Source: Candidatus Omnitrophota bacterium | GTDB lineage: Bacteria; Omnitrophota; Gorgyraeia; Gygaellales; Profunditerraquicolaceae | Length of the DNA stretch: 64,000 bases | NCBI GenBank assembly: GCA_030693145.1 | Contig: JAUYBI010000049.1 | Coordinates: 7,305-71,304 of the forward strand | Reading direction: 5' to 3' | Part shown: one piece after another, positions 57,029 through 64,000 of the stretch | Layout: the number at the start of each line of letters is the position of its first letter | How positions within the stretch are numbered: position 1 is the stretch's first letter | Translations under genes and position numbers: made by a program | The notes under the pieces: generated by a model | The model's database searches: none | Told to the model about the DNA's origin: nothing | Seen by the model: only the letters and a program-made list of their open reading frames with translations

Positions 57029-57352
57029 ATGAAAAAAATCATTGTGTTATTGTGTTTAGGGCTAATCGGCTGCGCCACGGTAACCAAAGAAAGTAAAACG
57101 CCGCCTCCGATTATAGAAAAACCAAGAGTAGTTAATGAAGCGGAGATAAATAGTATTATTTCTATATTTAGCGAAGCCATAAAAAAGACGCCTAATTTCG
57201 CCGGGGGCTATTATAATCGGGCGGTTGCTTATTTTTATAAAAATAACTATGAACAATGCTGGCAGGATGTCTATATGGCAGAGTCCTTAGGTTGTAGATT
57301 CAGTGCTAATTTTATCGAATCGTTGAAAAAAGCTTCCCGTAGAGAAAAATAA
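57029..57352 (+). CDS. TPR-containing lipoprotein
   Basis: Lipobox LIGC; YYNRAVAY TPR. Confidence 0.75.
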   Translation: MKKIIVLLCLGLIGCATVTKESKTPPPIIEKPRVVNEAEINSIISIFSEAIKKTPNFAGGYYNRAVAYFYKNNYEQCWQDVYMAESLGCRFSANFIESLKKASRREK

Positions 57353-57395
57353 ATATCCTATCCATTGCTTAGGGTAATTACAGAGGAGGAAAATT

Positions 57396-57545
57396 ATGGC
57401 AGTAGTTAATTATTCATTTCAAAAGAATCTCAAAGAACAGGCAAGAAAAAAGAAACAAGAGGCGAAAAGATTATTGAAATTAAATAAGAAGATGGCCAAG
57501 TTAAATGAAGGCTCAGCACCGGTTATTCCTCAGGATAGGGCTTAA
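57396..57545 (+). CDS. Small basic hypothetical protein (49 aa)
   Basis: Not in ORF track; SD GAGGAGG; MAVVNYSFQKNLKEQARKKKQEAK... Confidence 0.6.
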   Translation: MAVVNYSFQKNLKEQARKKKQEAKRLLKLNKKMAKLNEGSAPVIPQDRA

Positions 57546-57659
57546 GTTTTTACCGCGCTGCCTAATTGCCCGCCAGGAAATTTATAATTTAGCAAAATTT
57601 TTCTCATAACCTTTTAAATGCCCTTGAAACTAAAAGAGCTTAGGTTAATTTAAATTCCG

Positions 57660-60329
57660 ATGGAAAATAATTTATATAATTTTACGGATGATTCAGGCAG
57701 CTTTAAATCTTTCTTTGCGCATAAGATAAAAAGCCTGTATTTACCGCTGTGCAATGAATTACTGATGTCTTCCGTAACCGCGGATTTACATGGAGATATA
57801 AAAAGCGGCCAGAATAGTTTTTTACTTGAGCCGGTCAGCAGAGCCGGTCTTTCTCTTTCCAGGGCTTCCCGGAATTTTTGGGTTTACGTAAATAAAGATA
57901 AGGTTTGGTCCGCCGCAGGAGTTTCTAAAGACTATCAGCAGATGCGTCAGGACGAATTTATCCTGGAAGCCGGGCAGCTTTGGCAGAGGATCAGCCGTAA
58001 AAATGAAAAAGTAGGTTTAAAATCTGAAATCTTATCTTTTATTCCTATGGGGCCGGAGGCATTGGAGGTGATGCAGGTTGAGATCACGAATGTCAGTGAA
58101 AGAAAAATAAGTTTTATTCCTTACGCGGCCATACCTTTGTATGCCCGCAGCGCCGATAATTTACGCGATCATCGCCAGGTGACTTCGCTTTTAACCCGGA
58201 TTAAAGAGGAAAAATATGGAATGAAGATCAAGCCGACATTGCTTTTTGATGAATCCGGGCATCGGCCGAATAATACGGTTTACTATGTGGCTGCCTGTGA
58301 TCAAAAAGGGAGGGGGCCGCAGTATATTTATCCTACGCAGGAAATTTTTTGCGGAGAATCCGGAGATTTAGAATACCCGGAGGCTATTTTTGAAAATAAA
58401 CTTCCTTTGGCCCGGAAAACATTCCTCCAAGGCAAAGAGCCAATGGGGGCAATGCGTTTTGCTAAGATTACCCTGCCGGCGAAAGCCCGGGTAACTTACA
58501 CGATGATTATGGGCATTGCCCAAGAGGATTGTAATTTAAGCCGGCTGATCAGTAAATTTAATCAGCGCGCAAAAGTAAGTACGCATTTTGAAAAAACCAG
58601 CAAGTTCTGGCAGGGCCAATCCCGGTTAATCGAGGTGGACAGCGGCAATAAGCATTTTGATAATTGGCTGCGCTGGGTAAGCATTCAGCCCAGCTTGAGA
58701 AAAATATTCGGCTGTTCATTTTTACCGGATTTTGATTATGGCAAAGGCGGCCGGGGATGGCGTGATCTTTGGCAGGATTGCCTGGGGCTTATTTTAAATA
58801 ACCCGCAGGCAGTGCGGCCGCTTTTAATCAATAATTTTTGCGGGGTAAAAATCGATGGGTCAAATGCCACCATCATCGGCAAAAAATCGGGAGAATTTAT
58901 CGCGGACCGCAATAATATCAGCCGGGTCTGGATGGACCATGGGGTCTGGCCTTTGATTACTCTGGATTTATATATCCAGGAGACTGCTGATTTGGGGATT
59001 TTATTTGCGCCGGCTACTTATTTTAGGAATCATCAAGTAAACCGCGCCGGCGGCATTGATTATCGCTGGAGCCCGGCATATGGGAACCGGCTAAAAACAA
59101 AATCCGGGAAGATTTATTCAGGTACGGTACTGGAGCATTTATTGGTTCAGAATCTGGTGCAGTTTTATAATGTCGGCGCGCATAACCATGTCCGGTTAGA
59201 AGGCGCGGATTGGAATGACGGCCTGGATATGGCCAAGGAACACGGAGAGAGCGTGGCTTTTTCTTCAATGTATGCCCAAAATCTTTCTACTTTAGCGCAA
59301 CTGTTGCTTAAATGCGGCAGAAAAGAACTGGAGGTTGCCGAAGAATTAAAAATTTTACTTACGGATTTTAATTATCAGGATATAGCGCAAAAACATAAGC
59401 TATTGGAGAGGTATTTTTCTAAAACCAAAGAAAATCTTTCAGGCAAAAAAATTCGCCTGGAGGCAGTGGCGTTAAGCCGTATTTTAAGCAAAAAATCTCT
59501 TTGGATGAAAAAATATATTCAGAAGAGCGAGTGGTTGAAAGAAGGGTTCTTTAACGGATATTATGATAATCGTAAGAACAAGGTAGATGGTAAAAAAGGA
59601 AATCTCCTGCGGATGACTTTGGCCTCTCAGGTATTTCCGATTATGAGCGGGGTAGCCAGCCCCGGGCAAATAAAGAAAATTTTAGCCAATGTTTACCGGC
59701 ATTTATATGACACTTCTCTGGGTGGTATTCATTTGAACACGGATTTTAAAGAAGAACAGCATGATTTAGGCCGGGCATTTTCTTTTGTTTACGGAGATAA
59801 AGAAAATGGCGCGGTGTTTAGCCACATGGTGGTGATGTTTGCCTATGCTTTATATAAACAGGGTTATGCTCAAGAAGGGTGGAGGGCTTTAAGTTCGCTA
59901 TATAAGATGGCGGCTAATACCGCCAGAAGCAAGATTTATCCCTGCCTGCCGGAATATTTTGATCTTAGCGGCCGGGGGATGTATACCTATCTTACCGGTT
60001 CCGCCAGCTGGTTTATGCTTACTTTGCTTACGCAATCATTCGGGGTTAGAGGGCAAAACGGGGATTTGCTGATTGCACCCAAATTTTCCGGTGAACAATT
60101 TCAATCGGTAAACAAATTAAGTATTACGCGTGTTTTTGCCGCCAGGCGCCTAAAAATAATTTTCTTAAATCCTAAACGCCTGGAGGAAGGCAAATACCGT
60201 ATCCAACGCTTCAGGCTCAACGCAGAGCGGTTTCCGATTCAAGAAACCGCCCGGATAGTTGTGCCCAGAGAAGTTATCACCAGCCTGCCAAAAGATAAGC
60301 TGAATATAATTGAAGTACATTTAGGATAA
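57660..60329 (+). CDS. GH94-like glycoside phosphorylase (cellobiose/laminaribiose phosphorylase-like)
   Basis: GGRGWRDLWQD, ADWNDGL, KENGAVFSH, YLTGSASW. Confidence 0.85.
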   Translation: MENNLYNFTDDSGSFKSFFAHKIKSLYLPLCNELLMSSVTADLHGDIKSGQNSFLLEPVSRAGLSLSRASRNFWVYVNKDKVWSAAGVSKDYQQMRQDEFILEAGQLWQRISRKNEKVGLKSEILSFIPMGPEALEVMQVEITNVSERKISFIPYAAIPLYARSADNLRDHRQVTSLLTRIKEEKYGMKIKPTLLFDESGHRPNNTVYYVAACDQKGRGPQYIYPTQEIFCGESGDLEYPEAIFENKLPLARKTFLQGKEPMGAMRFAKITLPAKARVTYTMIMGIAQEDCNLSRLISKFNQRAKVSTHFEKTSKFWQGQSRLIEVDSGNKHFDNWLRWVSIQPSLRKIFGCSFLPDFDYGKGGRGWRDLWQDCLGLILNNPQAVRPLLINNFCGVKIDGSNATIIGKKSGEFIADRNNISRVWMDHGVWPLITLDLYIQETADLGILFAPATYFRNHQVNRAGGIDYRWSPAYGNRLKTKSGKIYSGTVLEHLLVQNLVQFYNVGAHNHVRLEGADWNDGLDMAKEHGESVAFSSMYAQNLSTLAQLLLKCGRKELEVAEELKILLTDFNYQDIAQKHKLLERYFSKTKENLSGKKIRLEAVALSRILSKKSLWMKKYIQKSEWLKEGFFNGYYDNRKNKVDGKKGNLLRMTLASQVFPIMSGVASPGQIKKILANVYRHLYDTSLGGIHLNTDFKEEQHDLGRAFSFVYGDKENGAVFSHMVVMFAYALYKQGYAQEGWRALSSLYKMAANTARSKIYPCLPEYFDLSGRGMYTYLTGSASWFMLTLLTQSFGVRGQNGDLLIAPKFSGEQFQSVNKLSITRVFAARRLKIIFLNPKRLEEGKYRIQRFRLNAERFPIQETARIVVPREVITSLPKDKLNIIEVHLG

Positions 60330-60401
60330 TTTTTGCTTTACAATCTAGGTTAATCTGGGTATAATAAATTCTCCGAACTTTTTATTTAAAAAGGGAAAAT
60401 A

Positions 60402-61286
60402 ATGAAAGAAAAAATCTTAAAACTAGGGCTTCCTAAAGGCAGCCTCCAGGAAGCTACCTTCAGGATGCTTAAAAAAGCCGGATTTAATGTAAATCTCTCT
60501 AGCCCGCGTTCTTATTTTCCGTCAATAGATGACAGCCAGATTCAGCCGGTTCTCTTGCGGGCACAGGAGATGTCACGCTATGTTCAGGATGGGGCATTGG
60601 ATTGCGGGATTACCGGCAATGATTGGATCCTGGAGAATAAATCTGATGTCGTGAGGGTCACGGATTTAACTTATGCCAAGCAAAGTTTAAATAAGGTCCG
60701 CTGGGTTTTAGCGGTACCGGCGGATTCCGGAATAAAAAAAGTTAAAGACTTAAACGGCAAGCGCATTGCCACCGAATTAGTCAATGTAACTAAAGAGTAT
60801 TTCCAAAAGCATAAGGTTAAGGTGGAGGTAGAGTTCAGCTGGGGGGCAACCGAGGTTAAGGTTTCCGGAGGCCTGGTGGATGCGATTGTTGAGCTGACCG
60901 AAACCGGCAGCTCTTTGCGGGCGAATAAATTAGTTGAAATTGCTACTCTTTGCGAGTCTACCACTCAATTTATCGCCAACATTGGCGCTTATAAGGATAG
61001 CTGGAAGAAAGCGAAGATGGAGCAGATTGCCCTCCTTTTAAAAGGAGCGATTGCCGCGGAAGATAAAGTCGGGCTAAAGATGAATGTGAAAAAAGAAAAT
61101 CTTAAAAAAGTTATAGCGAAGTTACCGGCTTTAAAAAAACCCACAATTTCCGGTTTAAGTGATGACGGCTGGTTTGCTATTGAGACGATTATAGACGAGA
61201 AAATTGTCCGAATACTTATCCCTGAATTAAAGGCTGCGGGAGCCCAAGGGATTATTGAATATCCGTTAAATAAGGTTATTTATTAA
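60402..61286 (+). CDS. hisG: ATP phosphoribosyltransferase (long form)
   Basis: LPKGSL, DCGITG.D, GATEVK, TG.SLRAN.L. Confidence 0.95.
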   Translation: MKEKILKLGLPKGSLQEATFRMLKKAGFNVNLSSPRSYFPSIDDSQIQPVLLRAQEMSRYVQDGALDCGITGNDWILENKSDVVRVTDLTYAKQSLNKVRWVLAVPADSGIKKVKDLNGKRIATELVNVTKEYFQKHKVKVEVEFSWGATEVKVSGGLVDAIVELTETGSSLRANKLVEIATLCESTTQFIANIGAYKDSWKKAKMEQIALLLKGAIAAEDKVGLKMNVKKENLKKVIAKLPALKKPTISGLSDDGWFAIETIIDEKIVRILIPELKAAGAQGIIEYPLNKVIY

Positions 61287-61304
61287 TTAAGGAAAGAGGT
61301 AGTT

Positions 61305-61415
61305 ATGCCTTGTGGAAAGAAAAGAAAAAGACAAAAGATCAAAACCCATAAGCGTAAGAAATTACGCCGTCGTCTGCGCCACTTGAAGAAAAGAGCTTGG
61401 GGTGGTAAAGGTTAA
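61305..61415 (+). CDS. AURKAIP1/COX24-domain small basic protein (bS22-like)
   Basis: Not in ORF track; MPCGKKRKRQKIKTHKRKKLRRRLRH. Confidence 0.85.
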   Translation: MPCGKKRKRQKIKTHKRKKLRRRLRHLKKRAWGGKG

Positions 61416-61418
61416 ATC

Positions 61419-62420
61419 TTGTTTTCTCTTAGAAGGATGCTTTTGAAGTTTAAATATCTTAACAGTGTAATCTGCTTTTGCCTTACATTGGCCTCAAGCG
61501 TTTTATCCGCGCAGGCTCAAGATACGCATAAAGAAGATTCCAGAAGTTTAAGCCACTATATTTCAGGAGTTTATTGCGAAGGCCTCGGGGATTTAGAAGG
61601 GGCTATCCAGGAATATCGCAAGGCGTTAGAAACTGACCCTGGGAGTTCTTTGCTGCATTTGAATTTGGCATCAGTTTTCATCCAAAAAGATAATCCGGCT
61701 CAAGCGGAAGAAGAATTAAAGCAGTCTATTCGCCTTGCTCCGGAAGCTGTGCAGCCGCACGCGTTATTGGCTTTAGTCTACGCCTCCCAGAATAAAGCGG
61801 ATCTGGCGGCCGCCGAATATATTCTGGCACTGGAAAATGCCACCAAGTCCGAGCCGAAGAATATTGATATTTATAAGGGTTTAGGCGCGATTTATCTGCA
61901 GCAGAAGAAATTAAAACAAGCCGAGAGTATTTTTAAACTGATTCTAAATTTGGATCCGGCAGATCCCCAGGCGCGTTTTTATCTGGGTAATATTTATTAT
62001 AATTTAGAAGATTATCCTTCTGTAGAGAAAGAGCTAAAGACCGCGGTAAAATTAAAACCGGATTATCATGAAGCCCTGAATTTCTTAGGGTATTTTTATC
62101 TGGAACAGGATAAGAATATTGATCAGGCGGGCTTAATGATTAAGCAGGCTTTAGTTTTTGAGCCGGAAAACGGCGCTTACCTGGATAGCTTAGGCTGGTT
62201 TTATTACAAAAAGGGAAAGTTCAAGGAAGCAGTGACGCATTTAGAAAGAGCAGCATCTTTTCTAAGTGACCCGGTGATTTATGATCACCTGGGAGATGTT
62301 TTTTTGAAATTAGGTAATGCCGGCAGCGCAAAATTGAATTGGGAGAAATCCCTGAAATTAGATTCTCAAAGCGCTAAGGTAAAAGCAAAACTGCTCAAGC
62401 TTACTAATCATGGCAAATAA
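61419..62420 (+). CDS. Exported TPR protein
   Basis: Signal peptide, TPRs, LN.LGY, YLDSLGW, HLGD. Confidence 0.88.
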   Translation: MFSLRRMLLKFKYLNSVICFCLTLASSVLSAQAQDTHKEDSRSLSHYISGVYCEGLGDLEGAIQEYRKALETDPGSSLLHLNLASVFIQKDNPAQAEEELKQSIRLAPEAVQPHALLALVYASQNKADLAAAEYILALENATKSEPKNIDIYKGLGAIYLQQKKLKQAESIFKLILNLDPADPQARFYLGNIYYNLEDYPSVEKELKTAVKLKPDYHEALNFLGYFYLEQDKNIDQAGLMIKQALVFEPENGAYLDSLGWFYYKKGKFKEAVTHLERAASFLSDPVIYDHLGDVFLKLGNAGSAKLNWEKSLKLDSQSAKVKAKLLKLTNHGK

Positions 62421-63231
62421 GCAATTAACCATTGAAGAATTAGTTGTTCAGGCCCGCCAAATCCGGCGTTTAATAATTCAGATGATCGCGCAGGCTGGTT
62501 CAGGGCACCCCGGAGGAAGCCTTTCTGCCGCAGATTTAATTACCGCGTTATATTTCAATGTTTTACGCTTTAATCCCGGCGTTCCCCAGTGGCCGGATAG
62601 AGATCGATTTCATATGTCGAAAGGCCACTGTTGTCCGCTTTGGTATGCGGTATTAGCTCAGGCCGGTTATTTCCCGCAAGAAAAATTATTCACCTTGCGG
62701 CAATTTGGTTCAATCCTGCAAGGGCATCCGGATCGTAAAACCCCGGGTGTAGAATCTGCTTCCGGTTCACTTGGCCAGGGGCTTTCCATTGCTTTAGGGA
62801 TGAGCCTGGCGGCAAAAGTAGATAAAAAAGATTATCGGGTTTATGTTTTATTAGGCGACGGAGAAGTGCAGGAGGGTAATGTTTGGGAGGCGGCGATGGC
62901 CTGCGGACATTTTGCCTGCGGTAATCTCTGCGCGATTTTGGATTTTAATGGTTGTCAGATTGACGGAAGATGCCAGGATATTATGGGAATAGAGCCTTTA
63001 GCTGCCAAATGGCAGGCATTTGGCTGGCATGTCATTGAGATTAACGGGCATGATATGCAGCAGATTCTAGCGGCGTATGCACAAGCTAAAACAATTAAAA
63101 ATAAGCCGACCATGATTATCGCCCGGACCGTAAAAGGCAAGGGAGTTTCTTTTATGGAGGGAGTAGTGGGTTTTCATGGCCGGGCTCCTACTCCGGAAGA
63201 AGCCCAGAGGGCTTTAAAGGAATTAGCATAA
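62410..63231 (+). CDS. Transketolase N-terminal subunit
   Basis: GHPGGSLS, SKGH, GSLGQG, GDGE..EG..WEA. Confidence 0.95.
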   Translation: MANKQLTIEELVVQARQIRRLIIQMIAQAGSGHPGGSLSAADLITALYFNVLRFNPGVPQWPDRDRFHMSKGHCCPLWYAVLAQAGYFPQEKLFTLRQFGSILQGHPDRKTPGVESASGSLGQGLSIALGMSLAAKVDKKDYRVYVLLGDGEVQEGNVWEAAMACGHFACGNLCAILDFNGCQIDGRCQDIMGIEPLAAKWQAFGWHVIEINGHDMQQILAAYAQAKTIKNKPTMIIARTVKGKGVSFMEGVVGFHGRAPTPEEAQRALKELA

Positions 63232-64000
63232 TGGCAGAGCAAATCTATCAAAGAGATGTTTACGGAAAGACATTAGTAAAGCTGGGGTCACTGGATAAAA
63301 ATATTGTGGTTCTGGATGCGGATCTTTCCAGTTCTACCCGCACTAATCTTTTTGCCCAGCAATTTCCGGATAGATTTTTTAATTTTGGAGTTGCCGAGCA
63401 AAACATGATGGCCGCGGCAGCGGGTTTGGCTTCCTGCGGCAAGACAGTATTTCTTTCCACTTTTGCCGTATTTGCCGCCGGCCGCGCCTGGGATCAGGTG
63501 CGGGTCTCTATAAGTTATAATAATTTTAATGTTAAAATCGTCGCTACGCATGCCGGCATTACCGTCGGACCGGATGGAGCCAGCCATCAGGCTTTGGAGG
63601 ATATCGCGCTGATGCGCGTACTGGCGAATATGAATATTATTGTTCCTGCCGACGGCCCGCAGACAGAGGATGCGGTAATGGCGGCTGCGAATAATCCCGG
63701 GCCTTTTTATATCCGCTTAGGTAGATGCAAAGTTCCGACTATTGAGAATAAAGGCGAGTTTAAATTTGGCCAAGGGCAATTGATCTCTGAAGGGCCGGAT
63801 GCGACGATTGTTGCTTGCGGGATAATGGTCACCCAGGCGCTTTTAGCGGTAAAAAATTTGGCGGCCAAAGGTATTCAGGCGCGCTTGATTAACCTGCATA
63901 CTATCTGGCCCCTGGATAATGCCATTATCCTTAAGGCGGCAAAAGAAACCAAATTGATTATTGTTTGTGAAGAGCATAATATTATCGGCGGTTTGGCTTC
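63231..64000 (+). CDS. Transketolase C-terminal subunit (3'-truncated by window edge)
   Basis: ATG 63231; DADL..ST, GVAEQNM, GPDGASHQ, EEH..IGGL. Confidence 0.93.
   Translation, partial: MAEQIYQRDVYGKTLVKLGSLDKNIVVLDADLSSSTRTNLFAQQFPDRFFNFGVAEQNMMAAAAGLASCGKTVFLSTFAVFAAGRAWDQVRVSISYNNFNVKIVATHAGITVGPDGASHQALEDIALMRVLANMNIIVPADGPQTEDAVMAAANNPGPFYIRLGRCKVPTIENKGEFKFGQGQLISEGPDATIVACGIMVTQALLAVKNLAAKGIQARLINLHTIWPLDNAIILKAAKETKLIIVCEEHNIIGGLA

Overview
Bacterial chromosomal window, mostly + strand housekeeping genes; the gene set looks like an anaerobe, possibly Ca. Omnitrophota (inference). Core genes include trxB, nifU-like, larE, iscS, birA, bioBF(H)CDA, csp, mnmA, nadA, the rnf operon in the order C-G-D-E-A-B, purN, ftsH, eno, ftsB, a GH94 phosphorylase, hisG and a split transketolase. 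Accessory features: (1) a 1.4-kb transposase-less element with 26-bp terminal inverted repeats, hairpin ends and a 17-bp target duplication, carrying a DUF1016/YhcG nuclease and inserted into the BirA operator; (2) a ~14-kb tRNA-Phe-integrated defence island (Fic, type I R-M with an HsdR-S24 fusion and two inserted orphan genes, DUF262+HEPN, XRE-xis-tyrosine integrase); (3) tRNA-fMet split by a group I intron encoding an I-Ssp6803I-like PD-(D/E)XK homing endonuclease; (4) a PlsY-GNAT-aminotransferase-phosphatase cassette, a candidate amino-lipid pathway; (5) several palindromic repeat families, one of which sits exactly at ATGA stop/start junctions with a target / inverted target / target grammar and nests within itself.
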